Positions 33,494-52,859 of a DNA stretch of 64,000 bases are shown here, one piece after another. Below the pieces are notes generated by a model. It saw only the letters and a list, made by a program, of their open reading frames with translations. It did not search any database and was not told the DNA's origin. This DNA comes from the human T2T-CHM13v2.0 reference genome, Homo sapiens: NCBI RefSeq assembly GCF_009914755.1, contig NC_060926.1; one strand, given 5' to 3'. A program made the translations under genes and the position numbers. Numbering within the stretch: the first letter of the stretch is position 1; the number at the start of each line of letters is the position of its first letter.

Positions 33494-34307
33494 TAATCAC
33501 ACTACCAACTAGTAGATTCTAACATTTACAGAACACTCCACCCAACAACAGCAGAGTACACATTCTTTCCAAGTGCAGAATGGAATATACCCACATCCTG
33601 CATCATACCCTGGATCATAAAACAAACTTTACTAAATTTAAAATAATTGAAATTATACAGATTTGTCCTATGACCATAATGCAATTAAACTAAAAATAAA
33701 TAACAAAAAATAACAGGTCTCCAAATACTTGAACATTAAAAACCACACTTCTAAGTAATACACAGGTCAAAAAGGAAGTCTTAAGGAAAATTAGAAAACA
33801 TTTTGAACTGAACAAAAAGGAAAACATCAAATTTTGTGGGATGAAGCTAGAGGAATACTTAGAGCAAAGTTTATGGCATTATATGCTTGTATTGGGAAAG
33901 TCATCTAAAGGAAGAAACTAAAGATAAAAGCATAAACCAATAAAATTGAAAACAGAAAAAGAATCAACCAAACAGAAAGCTGCCTTATTGAACAGGTTGA
34001 TAAAATATTTATCAGTAAGATAAACTTCTAGCAAGACTGACCAAAAAAAGACATAAATTACCATTATCAGGCATGAAAGATATCACAAATTGACCCCATA
34101 GACATTAAAAAGATAATAAAGGAATACTACAAACAACTCTTATGTACATATATTTCACAACTTAGTTGAAATGGACCAATTCCTTAAAAACCACAAACTA
34201 CCAAAACTCATCCAAGATGAAACAGATAACTTAAATGATCTTACAACAAGAAATTGAATTCATGTTAAAACTTCCCCCCAAAGTAGTCTACAGACTAAGA
34301 TGGTTTC

Positions 34308-34909
<602 letters not shown>

Positions 34910-35298
34910 TCATGCCACTGCACTCCAGCCTGGGTGACAGAGACTCCATCTCAAAAAAAAAAAAAAATGCAAAACAGACACAGTTTCATTGGCAAATTCT
35001 ACCCAATATTTCAAGAAGAAATAACACAATCTCTTCCAGAAATTCGGAAAGAATACTTCCCAATTCATTATAGGTACTTACTATTGCCTTGATACCAAAA
35101 TCAGAAAAAGACAATACAAGAATAGAAAATTGTAGGCTGACATCTTTTATGAACACGGGCACAAAACCACTCAAAAAATTAGCAAATTGAATCCAGCAAT
35201 ATATAAAAGGAATCCTGGGAGCATAAGGCGGGTTCAATATTTCAAAATCAATGTAGTCCACTATTTTCAACAGTTTAAGATGAAAAGCCACATGATCA

Positions 35299-35698
<400 letters not shown>

Positions 35699-36136
35699 TC
35701 AGCAAGGCTGAAATAGAAGGGAACTTCAATCTGATAAAAGGGCATCTACAAAAAAGCTACAGCTAATGTCATAGTTAATGATCAAAATACTTCCCCTGGC
35801 TGGTCATGGTGGTTCCTGCCTGTAATCCCAGCACTTTGGGAGGCCGAGGTGGGAAGATCACCTGAGGTCAGGAGTTTGAGACCAGCCTGACCAACATGGT
35901 GAAACTCTGTCTCTACTAAAAATACAAAAATTAGCTGGGCGTGGTGGTGGGCGACTTGTAATCCCAGCTACATGCCAGGTTAGGGCATGAGAATCACTTA
36001 AACCCGGGAGGCAGAGGTTGCAGTGAGCTGAGATCGTGCCACTGCATGCCAGCCTGGACGACAGAGCAAGACTCTGTCTCAAAAAAAAAAAAAAAAAAAA
36101 AACTCCTTCCCCTAAGAGCAGAAAACAAAGGAAGTA

Positions 36137-36475
36137 CAGTTTTCCCTCAGTATCTATAGGAGATTGGTTCCAGGACCTCCCGTCAAGGTCAAAATCCTCA
36201 GATGCTGAAGTCCCTGGTATAAAACGGTGTAGTATTTAACATATAACTTATGCACATCTTTCTGTATACTTTAAATCATCTCTAGATTGCTTATAATACT
36301 AATACAATATATGTGGTATGTAAATCATTGCTATATTGTATTGTGTAAGTAATAATGACAAGAAAAAGGATCTGTACATGTTCAGCACAGATGCAGTTTT
36401 TTTTTTTTCAAATATTTTTGATCCATGGTTGGTTGAATCCAAGGATGTGGAACCAGAGAGTGCAGAGGGCTGCAT
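36137..36475. mobile_element. MER2 (Tigger-derived) DNA transposon
   Basis: cagttttccctcagtatctataggagattggttccaggacc...gatgtggaaccagagagtgcagagggctg termini. Confidence 0.75.
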
Positions 36476-37020
36476 GACCCTCTTGCCACTCCAGTTCATC
36501 ATAGCACTGGGAAATGATTCCATTCAGGATCCTCTTTTTCTGGTAAAAGAACACCCTATGGAATTTCTTCTAGTGAAAGTGTGTTGGCTGCAAGCTCTCA
36601 CATGAAGATTTTCTGAAAATGTCGTTATTTCACTTTCATTTTTGGAAGATATGCCAGGTATAGAATTCTAGGTTGGGCCAGGCATGGTGGCTCATGCCTG
36701 TAATCCCAGCACTTTGGGATGCTGAGGCGGGCAGACCTGAGGTCAGGAGTTCAAGACCAGCCTGGCCAAATTGGCGAAAGCTGTCTCTACTAAAAATGCA
36801 AAAAAATTAGCCGGGATTAGTGGCAGACGCCTGTAATCCCAGCTACTTGGGAGGCTGAGGCAGGAGAATGGTTTGAACCCAAGAGGTGAAGGGTGGTGAG
36901 CCGAGAACGCCTTGCACTCCAGCCTGGGTGACAAGAGTGAAACTCTGATTCAAAAAAAAAAAAAAAAAGAATTCTAGGTTGGTCATTGTCTCTTTTGGCA
37001 CATTGAGGACATCAGTTTAG

Positions 37021-37176
<156 letters not shown>

Positions 37177-37178
37177 TA

Positions 37179-37840
<662 letters not shown>

Positions 37841-40535
37841 GTTGTATTTAAGATATTTCTCTGTGTCTTTGGTTTCCTACAGTCTCACTATAATGTTTCT
37901 AGGTATGGATTTCTTTTTTTTTTTTTTTTAATCCTGCATGTGTTTCTTTGGGATTTTTTTTTTTTTTTTTTTTTTTTTGAGACAGTAGAGTGACGCGATC
38001 TTGGCGCACTGCAACCTCCGCCTCCTGGGTTCAAGCGATTCTCCTGCCTCAGCCTTCCCAGTAGCTGGGATTACAGGCGACCGGCATAATGCCCGGCTAA
38101 TTTTTGTATTTTTAGTAGAGACGGGGTTTTGCCATGTTGGCCAGACTAGTCTCGAACTCCTGACCTCAGGTGATCCGCCCACCTCAGCCTCCCAAAGTGC
38201 TGAGATTACAGGTGTGACGCACCGCGCCTGGCCGGGAATTTTTACATTGAAGGCTTACATATGTTTTTGTAAAATTCTAAGCAATTAACTCTAAGTATTG
38301 TATCTCCCCATTCTGTCTCACCTTTCCTTTTCAGTCTTCAGTGAAGTGCATGTTAAACATTATTGCTCTATCCTATATACTTCTTCTTTTTTTTTTTTTT
38401 TTGATACAGGGTCTTGCTTTGTGTCACCCAGGCTAGAGGGCAGTGGCACAATCACAGCTCACAGCCTCAACCTCCTGGGCTCAAGTGATCCTCTTACTTC
38501 AGCTTCCTGAGTAGCTGGGATTACAGGCACGTGCCACCATGCCTGGCTAATTTTTGTATTTTTTGTAGAGGCAGGGTTTTGCCATGTTGCCCAGGCTGGT
38601 CTTGATCTCCTGGACTCCAGTGACCCATCCATCTCAGCCTCCCAAAGTGCTGGGATTACAGGCCTGAGCCATTGCCCCCAGCTCCTGTATAGTTCTTACC
38701 CTCACTTTTGCATTTTCAACAGCCTTCATCCAGTATTTTCTTCTTATTTGTACTCCAGTTTATGAATGAATTATCTATTCCACTGTTTTAATCTGTTATT
38801 AATCCTATCCCATGAATTTTTTAACTGGGGTAATGGAATTTTTTTATTTTATTTTTATTTTTTATTTTTTTATTTTATTTTTTTTGAGACAGAGTCTCGC
38901 TCTGTTGCCCAGGCTGGAGGGCAGTGGCAGTCTCGGCTCACTGCAAGCTCCGCCTCCCAGGTTCTTGCCATTCTCCAGCCTCAGCCTCCCAAGTACCTGG
39001 GACTATAGGTGCCCACCACAATACCCAGCTAATTTTTTGTATTTTTAGTAGAGACGGGGTCTCACCGTGTTAGTCAGGATGGTCTCAATCTCCTGACCTG
39101 GTGATCCGCCCATCTCGGCCTCCCAAAGTGCTGGGATTACAGGTGTGAGCCACCATGCCAGGCCTAGATTTTTAAATTCTAGAATTTTTCTTTGGTTCTT
39201 TTCCAAATTAGTTTTGAAATTTCTAATGGTTTTTAGTTCTGACAATATTTTCAAATTTGTCCTTTATCGCTATGAGCAGAGTAAGCCATGTTTTTTCATC
39301 TGTATCTGGCGACACTGTGGTACTATTTTTGTTTTCTATTATTTTTACTGTTTCTCACTCAAATTGTCTCATTTCCTCTTGTGACTGTTTATCTTTGTGT
39401 GCTGGACACACTGTTTGACCAAAAACAAAACAAAACAAAAAAAAAGCAGAAATAATTTGAGACCTACCTGCACTACCAATCTAAAATCGCCTTAATGTAA
39501 TTTTAGGATTCCTCAGATGAGTTGAAGCTTGACTGCTTTATGAACAAGAGCTAGTGTACCTCTGTTTCGCCCTTCTCGGGTGTAACTCTGCAGTCCTAAG
39601 AGAAAATGAAGAAGCTTTTTGTTCTTGTTGTTTTTTGTTTGTTTTAAACCAGAGAACTTCCTCTTCACAGGCTGTGAATTTCCACATTTGATTCTCTAGT
39701 CCCACAAGGCTGGCAGAATTCCAGCTCAGCCTCTCAGCTGCTTCTACCCAGTCAGCAAGCTTTCTTATCCCTCTGGATTCTGTCCCCTCCTGGATGCTGA
39801 CTGGCCCCATTAATTTCTCATTATCTTGATAGTTCCTTGGTGCATTAAGAAGGCACGCTTTAGATTCTCATCCCTAATTTTTAGTTGTATGTTAGACACG
39901 GCTTGTGCTCCACCTCACATCCTCCCAGCCCATCTCTTTACTCCAGCCATTGTTGTAGAAGCCAGATGGCAGCAGATGTAGAATAAGAGCAACTTGCCTC
40001 TGCTGTGCAGCCAATCCCTAGCTTTCTGTCCTAAAACTTATCTGTCCCTGCGGTGACGGGTGCCTGCAAGAATCTACTCAGCCATCCTAATGCATGAACA
40101 AACCTCCTCTATATACAGATTTCCTTGACTTGGGCTATCCTTGACTAATCAGGGACAGAAGCTGGTCAATAAGCACTGCCCTCCCCTCAGTCTTAGGCAA
40201 AAAAATCACAGGCATATTCTCCTTGGCTCCTCAAGATTTGCCAGTGAGCTTGAATCTTAGTTGTCCACAGTGGTAAGTAGTTCAATTACACATGCTTAAA
40301 TTGATTTTCCCTACTTTCCAGTTTTAATTTCTCACTCCCCCGACCAACACCTGTTCTTTAGGATCATAGCCAAAAATAAGGTACCTGCATTTAAGCCCAA
40401 TTGTTGAACTCTTGGGGGAAGTTGGGGGCTAAACACAAACTAAGACAAGGTGTCTTCAGCAAGATTTGTTTAAATTATCAAGTCTACCATTGCCAGGAGC
40501 AGAAATCAAGTTTTCTGTTGTTCTTCTGTTTTTAA

Positions 40536-40890
<355 letters not shown>

Positions 40891-41545
40891 TAAAGTGCTG
40901 GGATTATAGGCGTGAGCCACTGCACCCGGCCAAGAGAGGAGAGAATTTCTAGAGTGATGATCCTGAATAGGCCTCTGGCTTGCCCCTCTCTCACTCCCCC
41001 GCCCCCTCCCCTCCTTTCCCCCTCCTTTCTCCTTTCTCCTTCTTCCCTTCCCTTCCTTTCTCTCTTTCTCTCTCTCTCTCTTTCTTTCTTCTTTTTACTT
41101 TTTCCCCCTAGAAATGGGTCCTGCTCTGTCACCCAGGCTGGAGTGCAGTAGCATGATCATAGCTCACTATAACCTCGAACTCCTGGGCTTGAGGGATCCT
41201 CCCACCTCCGTCTCCCAAGTAGCTGGGACTACAGGCAGAGGCTACCACACCCGGCTATTTAAAAAATTTTTCGTATATATGGGGGTCTTACTATATTGTC
41301 TAGGCTGATCTTGAATGCCTGGCCTCAGGCAATCCTTCTACCTTGGCTTCCTGAGTCACTGGGATTACTGGCGTGAGCCACTGAGCCGGCCTCTGGCTTT
41401 AATTCTTAGGAGTAAACCAAATTTCTTTCTCAAATCCTTCCTCCTCCAGTCACCCCTTTTTCTGTAAGTAGCGTGATTATTTTCCCAGGCAATAGTTCTC
41501 TAAATTTAGGTGGCTTCTCTCTTTATCTCTTCACTGAAACCCAGA

Positions 41546-42060
41546 TGCTAAGACCAGGTGGGTTGGGGAGACCCTAACCCAGTGGCGCTAGAGGAATTAA
41601 ACACACACACACACAGAAATATAGAGGTGTGAAGTGGGAAATCAGGGGTCTCACAGCCTTCAGAGCTGAGAGCCCCGAACAGAGATTTACCCACATATTT
41701 ATTAACAGCAAACCAGTCATTAGCATTGTTTCTATAGATATTAAATTAACTAAAAGTATCTTTTATGGGAAATGAAGGGATGGGCTGAATTAAAGGAATA
41801 GGTTGGGCTGGTTAACTGCAGCAGGAGCATGTCCTTAAGGCACAGATCGTTCATGCTATTGCTTGTGGCTTAAGAATGCCTTTAAGTGGTTTTCCACCCC
41901 GGGCGGGCCAGGTGTTCCTTGCCCTCATTCCCATAAACCCACAACCTTCCAGCTTGGGCATTAGGGCCATTATGAACATGTTACAGTGCTGCAGAGATTT
42001 TGTTTATGGCCAGTTTTGGGGCCAGTTTATGGCCAGATTTTGGGGGGCCTGCTCCCAACA
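41546..42060 (-). mobile_element. Solo MER9 (HERV-K9/HML-3) LTR
   Basis: Minus strand begins TGTTGGGAGCAGGCCCCCCAAAATCTGGCCATAAACTGG and ends CA; 515 bp; 6-bp TSD cccaga (41540-41545 and 42061-42066). Confidence 0.9.
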
Positions 42061-42314
42061 CCCAGACAGTTGCCAAGGCCTCTCAACTCACTCTTCAGCA
42101 CAACTCTCAAAGGTGTCTCCTTTCCATTTGCTCCATCTCTGCCCAATTTCAGGCCCTTAGAGCATATGTAAGTCATCATATCACTGTTCTAATTGGCTAC
42201 CTCCTTTTCATATATTTCCCCCCCTCTCGCCTCCTGCATTCATCCTTCAAATATGTTATTTCTTTGACTACAAAATGTCAGTGCTCCCCATGGCCTCTTA
42301 AAAATGAGACCTAG

Positions 42315-42637
<323 letters not shown>

Positions 42638-43721
42638 TTATAAACTTGGCCCTCCATCATCAAGCCCAAACCTACTTTTCCAGACTTACCTCCAGCTGTT
42701 CCAGAATTACTCGTTCACCCACTAATCTTCCTGCTTTCCAACTTCTTCGTCTTGTATGCTATTGTCCATACTTTATCACCTCCTACTGAAATCCACCCCA
42801 GACCTCCAGGGCCAGCTCAAAAAGTTTCTTCCGTGCTGGGACCTTCCCATATCACCCAGTTGCATGTACAATCAAGGGTCACAGACTGTCAGAGTGGAGA
42901 GGTCCATTTGTAAGGACAGAATTCACCAATTTCATGGATGGCGCAGTACAGTCTTCCAGCTGTAGCTCTTTTTCTCCACTATATTTATTTAACTCTACTC
43001 CATAAATATGTGTTGAGTACCTGGGCTGTACCTAGGTACTATGCTAGGTACCCATGACACAGAGATGAGTCAGTCATATACAGTGACCCCAAGGAAAAGC
43101 AAGGTATACCTACTTACAAGGTATAAAGTTAAACATTGAGTTTGCATGGAGAAGAGTGTGATGAACTCAGGTGGGAGAAATGATTGGAAGGTCAGAGAAG
43201 GCACAATAGAAAAGGGGATATTAAGCTCATATTTTTAGGATAAGATGGATAAGGTGTGTTGGTGGGTACTTGGGGGTAGAGAGTACTGTGTGTATAAGGG
43301 CTGAGCAGTGTGAACTAGCAAGGCCCAATTTGAGAAACACGAGTGGGGGCTGAATTGCTGAAGCACCCACACAGGCAGAAAGGAGAATGCCTTTAAATGA
43401 GACAGGAGAGGCTGGCAGGAGACTGAGGGCCATGTGGACCATATAAGAAGCCTGGACTTTTTCCTGTGGGTTATAGCGTCGTTAAATAGCTCCAAGCTCA
43501 TGGAAGCAAGGACTTTGTCTTGTTCACCACTATATCCCTAGTGCCTAGGACTGAGCCCAAAACATAATAGATCATCTTAGTTTGGATTCACCCAAAGGGA
43601 ACCTTGAAAAGAGGATTGGGTGCAGGTGGTCTAGGTGGCAGGTCATCCCTGCAAGCACAAGTGAAGGAAGGGGAAAGTGAGAGAAGGAAAGGAGAAAAGC
43701 CAATACACAGAATGTTGGTGA

Positions 43722-44174
<453 letters not shown>

Positions 44175-45522
44175 TGATGATTGCCCCTGAGGGTGTTAAG
44201 TCCCAGGCACTTCAGGGCTGTCTGGTGCACAGGTGTGCAAGTTCTCCTGGTGTTCCAGAAAACCCGCAGGACGAGAATCAGAGTGTTTCCAGGTTTCGAG
44301 GTGGGAAGCTGTCAGCACACAGACGTTGTCCACGTGCTTGCTGCAGGTAACCTCAGAGATGGGCCATTGGATATGAGGCAGGGCACCTGCCTGGTCTGCT
44401 GCACAGGTGTTCAATATCTATTGCACAAGTACGTCGTATGTATGTCTTCCTTCCCTGCCTAGCCTTCAATTGCCTTGAGGCAGGAACTATGTATTGCAGA
44501 GGCCAGGCACAGTAAAGCACAAATCTTTACAAATGTGGGTTGCATAAAAGAAAGTAAAATGTTTGATGGGGAAAAGTAAAGTGGGTGGTAAGGGTCAACC
44601 TAGCTAATAAAAATAGGTATAAATAAATATGACTAGTTGAGCATCATATTTATCGATGTCCTTACAAGCAAAGCGGCAGGGGAGAGGACATATATTGGTG
44701 GCATCATTGAGCCTGTATACTAAAGGACTCTCTTGTAATTTCTCTGTATTCCATAGTGGAGGGGCTTGATATTTTCCCTTGTGCTCCCACTTATGAGGAT
44801 TGAATGAGCTGACTACCCAATGAACACTGAAAATTAACAAAACAAAATAAATGAGCTGAGTGTGCAGGTGCTTTGAGAAACATAAAACTTGAAGCATGGG
44901 ACCTGCTGGAGCTTGGTTGGGTTGAACATTGGTGGCTAGACTCCCCTTTCCCAGGGGAAAATTGACCATAGGTACCAAAAGTTAAATGTGCATAGCCTTT
45001 GGCTGTGGAATTGTTTGTGGATTCTTGGGGTGGGGCTGGTATGACTGCCGTTTAGGGGACCCTAATGCTGAACAGGTACCATGGACCTCTGAAGGCAGAG
45101 CAGGGCCCAGACCTGCTTGACCTGGGGTCTGGAGGGGGTGGATTTCCTTCTATCAGGGGAAAGAAGACCAGTAAGACACAACTGAAGGCTGCGTGGGGAT
45201 GGCTGCCTTGCCACCCTGCCTTTCACCTGCTTTAGAAATGACCCATGGAAGGAAAAAGGCATCTGAAACAAGGCCTTCGGACAACCAGGGGCTGGCTGTC
45301 TGCACCCACTCCCCAGGCTTCCCTGCATTTGGCTCCCACCTCTCCCAGCTCTCACCTGGGAGGCTCTGGCTTGGTCCCCCGGCCACCAATTCTGCCTCCA
45401 GACAAGTCTGCTGAGTTTTTTTTGAAAATTGACTTTAATAATCCAGATTTGGTTCAGCCTGAAATTGTCCTTCCTGAGAGCATCAGGGGAAGTATGAGGA
45501 ATGGGAAGCTTCCCATGTGGCC

Positions 45523-45573
45523 TTAATCAGCTACGAGGTTGTGACTCAGAGTAGGGAATGGCTCAAAGACGTC
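45523..45573 (-). pseudogene. Paralogue last exon: DVFEPFPTLSHNLVAD*, open
   Basis: 51 nt, acceptor ttcttcccattttag; stop at the same position as RESP18 ...NPVAD*. Confidence 0.9.
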
Positions 45574-47762
45574 CTAAAATGGGAAGAAACAAGATTTTCA
45601 GTTAATGCACTCAGGCAGTGGTTGCCACTCCCCTCCCTCTCCCCTTCCCCCACCAAGTGCAGAACCAATCTCAATAGCAGTCTCAAGTCCCTTCCCTTGT
45701 TCCCCATCTCTAATCCCGTCTCCTTCCCAGGATTTTCCAAGAGACACATTAGGGGTTTCTCAGGTTGCCTGAGCCTGAGGCATAGCAGCTCCTTGTTTGC
45801 ATACTTGACAGAACCATGGCAACCAGTCCCCATCATGGGGTCAGTCACAAGACTAATGATGTGGCCCAGCAGACAATCCAGGCAAAGGAGCCCTGCTGCC
45901 ATGGTGATGGGGGGCGGGGACCACCAGTTTCCTTGAAGGGCTGAGGGGCTGGAGCACCTCTGAGATACAGGTTGCCCTAATGGAGCCCATCTAGAAGTTT
46001 CCCAGATCCACTGCCACGATCATAGTCCCAGGTCCCAGGATCCCACCTGGACAACCTGGTTGCCCCAAACAGGTCTACCTGTTTCCACTCTTGTCCATTT
46101 CAAAATCCATTTTCCAACAGCATCAGTGTGTCTTTATAAAATGCTTATCATATTGTCCTACTCTCTTCCTTAAAAATCCTCCAATGCCTTCCCACTACAC
46201 TTTGAATAACACCCGACCCCCTGTCTATGGACTATAAGCTCCAAGTAGTCATGGGCCTATTTTCCAAGCTCATCTGCTGTCACAGGACTGTGTCTGTTCC
46301 CCCAACAAGCCCTGGAATCTCATCTAACAGCAGACGTATTTGAAAGCCTCTTTGCCTTGGAGACTCTTCCTCCAGATCTCCCCCGGGCTGCCTCCTTGTC
46401 ATTTAGGTCTAAGTTTAAATGTCACCTCCTGAGGCCCTACTTAGCCTAAGGTGTGTGAAACAACCCAACCTTTACTGGGGTCGCTGAGAGGAAGGGTAGG
46501 GGCTGTGCAGGGGGACGGCTGGGAGTCAGGATACAGGGGCTAGTCCTGGCTCCACACTTGTCCAGGCTGGACCTGAGCTTCTTATCTATAAAGATGGCTG
46601 GAGGTACAAGACGGGTAGTTTTCTATTTGAGCTCCAAAGGGCTCAGTGGTCCCAAGGAGATGCCTGAGAGCCTTGCCCAGGTGACTTAGTCAACACCACA
46701 GAGATAAGCAAGGGGGTTGGAGGGCTGATGTGAGAGACTCTGGGCCCTCCTCTCTAACTCAGGGAGAGAAGTGCCCCCCACACGTACATACACATGCACA
46801 TATATGTGTATACAGCATATGTATATGTAAGGGTGGGTAAGGTTAGGATTGGGGTCATGGCACACTTGGAATTCTCAGAAAAACAGCCCATATGTTTTTG
46901 TTGGGGGCGGGGTTGTGTTTTTTGTTTTTTGAGACAGGGTCTCACTCTGTCACCCAGGCTGGAGTGCAGTGGTGCAATCATAGCTCACAATAACCTTGAA
47001 CTCTTGAGTTCAAGCTAATCTTCTTGCCTTAGCCTCCTGAGTAGCTATGACTACAGGTGTGTGCCACCACACTTTTAAATTTTTGTAGAGACAGGGATCT
47101 TGTTATGTCACCCAGGCTGGTCTCGAACTCCCGGCCCTGAGTGATCCTCCCAATGTGCTGGGATTACAGGCATATGAACCACCACGACCAACCCACAGAG
47201 AGCCTATATGTTTTTTAAAAACATTGGAAAACCTCTGAAGCAGATTTCTGCAGACCCTTCAATTTCTGTGCACATGATTGATTGTACAGGACCAAGCCAT
47301 CGGAAGCCCCAGTCCCTGCATCCTGAGTTGCGGCAATCTACGAAAGGGAGACTCTGAGAGACAGAGAAAGTGGGGGCGCCCTCCAGTGGGGAAATGAAGA
47401 ATTTTCCTTCCATCCAGAACTGCTGACTGGCCTTTATTACATTGCCTCTAATTCTCACAGCAGCCAGGGAGGATGGCCATTATGACCACTCCACCGATGT
47501 GGAAGGAGGGCTTGTAGAGCTTCAGTAAGGTCATGACTGGGAAGCAGCAGTGCCAGGACTGGCCTGGGTCTGTCTGTGTGGAAAGCTGTGTTCCTTCCCA
47601 TCCATCAGGCCCATGCTTCCAGAAGATTCTCCATGAGGCTCTGCCCTCAGTGAAGCCCTGTCAGTCCTCATGCTGCCAATGTCAATCCCCTCCATCACTC
47701 TGCCTCCCTCTTGAAATAGCCCTTGCTGGGCTCAGGCTTCCTGAACAAGGCCAGGCCCTTAC

Positions 47763-47864
47763 CTGGAGCAGGGCCTTGGTGTGGCTGGTCACCTCTTGGT
47801 TCAGGACCTCTGAAACCGCTTCAGATTTAAAGCATTGCTCCCTGCTCACCCTGGTCATGGGGCT
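47763..47864 (-). pseudogene. Paralogue exon 5: SPMTRVSREQCFKSEAVSEVLNQEVTSHTKALLQ, open
   Basis: 102 nt, phase 0-0; acceptor cccatcag, donor gtaagg; aligns with RESP18 [25 protein letters not shown]. Confidence 0.9.
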
Positions 47865-48250
47865 CTGATGGGAGGGGAGCCAGGAGCCAAGAGTGAGGAG
47901 AAAATGGTGAACAGGCCCAGAGGAAAAGAGAAGGGGCCGAAGTGAAGGATTTCAAAATCTCTGAGGGAAACTCACTTTAGGGGACAAGAGTCTCCTTGTG
48001 CTTGCTCCTAGAAAACCAAGATTAAGCAGGGATAACAAGTGGGAACTGTACTTTCCAGCCCCTTCCCTCTGCAGACATCACTAATGGATCGTGGATTCCT
48101 TCTGGTGGAAATCAGATGGGAGCTCTTATTGTTCCATTCCCTGAGCTCCTGATGGCTCCTACCTGCAGCCCTGATAACTCATGCCCTTCCCAGCTCCTCT
48201 GTCTACCGGCAGGTGCAGTGCGGACCAACCATAGGCCCAACACACCTCAC

Positions 48251-48378
48251 CCTGGTGACTCTGGTGGGAAAGGCTGCCTGTCCGCTCCTCAGATGGGCCT
48301 CTGGGGCATGGAGCCAGGGCGTGTGCTCTGTCTGCTGGGTCCTCACACCTTGAGTGATGTCATCCTTCCAGAACAATC
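48251..48378 (-). pseudogene. Paralogue exon 4: [42 protein letters not shown], open
   Basis: 128 nt as in RESP18; LFWKDDITQ identical; acceptor ctgcag, donor gtgagg. Confidence 0.93.
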
Positions 48379-49759
48379 CTGCAGAGTGAAAGGATGGGAT
48401 GAATTGACACTTGGGGCACTCTGATTGGCCCATCCCAGAAACAAAAGTGTGATTAGAATTTTTCCTTTCCCCAAAATGCACAGGTACCACAATGCAGAGG
48501 GCCAGTGGAGGGGTCCGGAGACTGACTGGGGTACAGGAGTTTGCCTTCTGCCCACCGCCATGGCTTAAATCCTTGCTCTTGCTAGCTCTATGGCCATGAG
48601 AAACAGTTAAACTTGCTGAAGCTATTTTCTCGCTCATGAAGCGACGAACTTCATAGCATTAAGAGAATGAAAGGAGATAGTGCACACACATTTCCTAGCT
48701 TATTGTTTGGCAAGCAATAAGTGATCAAATGAGAACTGTATTTTACTTTTATTTTTAGCTACACCTGCTAGAAAGGGACAAATAGGAATTTTTAAATGAT
48801 GCTGCTGTGAGAATCAAATAAGGTTGAAGATAGAAAGTGTGCTTCCAGGCCAGGCTTGGTGGCTTATGCCTGTAATCCCAGCACTTTGGGAGGCTGGGGC
48901 GGGTAGATCACTTGAGGTCAGGAGATCGAGACCAGCCTGGCCAACATGATAAAACCCTATCTCTACTAAAAATACAAAAGTTAGCCCGGTGTGGTTGTGC
49001 ATGCCTGTAGTCGTAGCTGCTTGGGAGGGTGAGGTATGAGAATCACTTGAACCCGGGAAGCGGAGGTTGCAGTGAGCCAAGATAGTGCCACTGCACTCCA
49101 GCCTGGGTGACAGAGCGAGACCCTGTCTCAAAAAAAAAGAGTACTTCTAGAACCCTAGGACATTACACATTGTATACTATGATTATTAGTAGTAATTTGA
49201 ACTCAAAGCGGATCTCCCTTCTGAAGCCTGAAGCCACACACTCTGCTTTCAGGGAAGGGTCAGATACTTTTCCCCAGGAAAAATATCCTTCCACCCTCCA
49301 CTCTGGCCTTTCATGTCTTCCACTTGTCATACTCTCTGAACTGCCCACCTCCTTAATTCAGAGTCTGAAGTATGTGTGTGGGGGTGGGAGGGACCTGGTT
49401 CTGGCTGAGGACTGCAAGATTCCTAGCTCTGGAGCAGTCAGACAGCACCAGGGGTGGTGAGCCAGGCCCGAGGAGATAGATGCTGGCCTCTTCTGGGGAC
49501 TTCCAGTGGCCTCTGCTGTGTTCCTCTAGAGTCCACGTGGGAACGACTCCCCAGCTTAGGTTGCACCATGACTTCTGTCTTGCCCCATCTCTAGCAGAGA
49601 CTGGGCAGGTGAGGCTCCAGAGGCGGTATGATGAGAAAGTTTCAGGCAGGGAATTTTAAGGGAGGAGGTTTTAATGTCAAGTTGGAGATTCCCTCTATAG
49701 TATCTACCCCTATATTTGACCAAACCCAGTCCCTTTCCTCCAGCCCTCCCAGGTCTCAC

Positions 49760-49863
49760 CTTGAGGCACCGGCTGCCGAGCACACCTTGCTAGTATCGGA
49801 AGACCACGTGGATGCTGTCTTCGAGGGGCGTGGCCTGCAGTACTCCCACCTGGGTCTGCCCCT
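49760..49863 (-). pseudogene. Paralogue exon 3: GQTQVGVLQATPLEDSIHVVFRY*QGVL-(frameshift)-QPVPQG
   Basis: 104 nt (RESP18 105, PTPRN 114); TAG at 49792-49790 and a 1-nt deletion; acceptor cccttag, donor gtgaga. Confidence 0.88.
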
Positions 49864-50045
49864 CTAAGGGAATGAGAATGAAATGAGTAGGTACCTGGGC
49901 CAAAAGCCTTCAAAAGGCAGCATCCTCTCCATTGTCACTCCCATATCCCCACGTCTCCCTTCCTCTGCCGGTCTCCTCCCACTTCCGAGCTATCTATCCT
50001 CTCTCCCTCCCTGGCCACCCTCTTCATATTCTGGGTCTCATGCAC

Positions 50046-50096
50046 TCTTGGTACAGACTTCTAGGTAAGAACAGAGTCTTCAGGCAAAGAGGCAGG
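50046..50096 (-). pseudogene. Paralogue exon 2: (P)CLFA*RLCSYLEVCTK with a premature TGA at 50082-50080
   Basis: 51 nt like PTPRN exon 2 (CLFDRRLCSHLEVCIQ); all three Cys kept; acceptor ccacag, donor gtgcat. Confidence 0.9.
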
Positions 50097-50454
50097 CTGT
50101 GGAGGGACACTTGAACAGAGTCTCAGATGGCTACAAAAACTGAATGGACAGACAGGTGGGCAGGCTAGATAATGGGGGAAGTTCAGTTGCTTCCTGGGAG
50201 GAGTTCTGGAATCCTTGGAAGACTACAGCATGGAACCTAGCTTCAGACAGGGCTGGCGAGTCCAGATCATTTTCCTGGAAGCCACGGTATACCCAACTCA
50301 CAATGAGGGGATGACCTTTCTATGATACAGACCCTCCTCCTGGATACGGATCATCTCCATCCAGGCAGATGGGGCCAGTTGGAAGAGAAGCCAGGCTTTT
50401 CCCATCCTAATTTTTCTCCTCCTCCAGTTCACAAGTAGATCCTAATAATGATGC

Positions 50455-51950
<1,496 letters not shown>

Positions 51951-52051
51951 TAACTGGCCAGGCATGGTGGCTCATGCCTGTAATCCCAGCATTTTGGGAG
52001 GCCGAGGCGGGCAGATCACCTGAGGTCAGGAGTTTGAGACCAGCCTGATCA

Positions 52052-52354
<303 letters not shown>

Positions 52355-52453
52355 TTATCTTTGTACCATTGTGCTATTACTGGCTTACTCTTCAAGTTGA
52401 TGATTCATGCTTTTTATTTATGTGAAATTATTTTAAATTTATTATTTATTTAG

Positions 52454-52654
<201 letters not shown>

Positions 52655-52859
52655 TAACTCCTGACCTCAAGTGATCCACCCGCCTTGGTCTCCCAAAGTG
52701 CTGTGATTACAGCTGTGAGCCACCGCGCCCAGCCAAGTGAAATTATTTTAAAGGGCAACTTTGCTACTGTAAATGGAAAAAACCGTGTTTCTTGGCGTAA
52801 GTAGAAGCTAATTATAAAATATAAAGACAGACTCCAAAGAAAAAGAAGATATGTGTAGA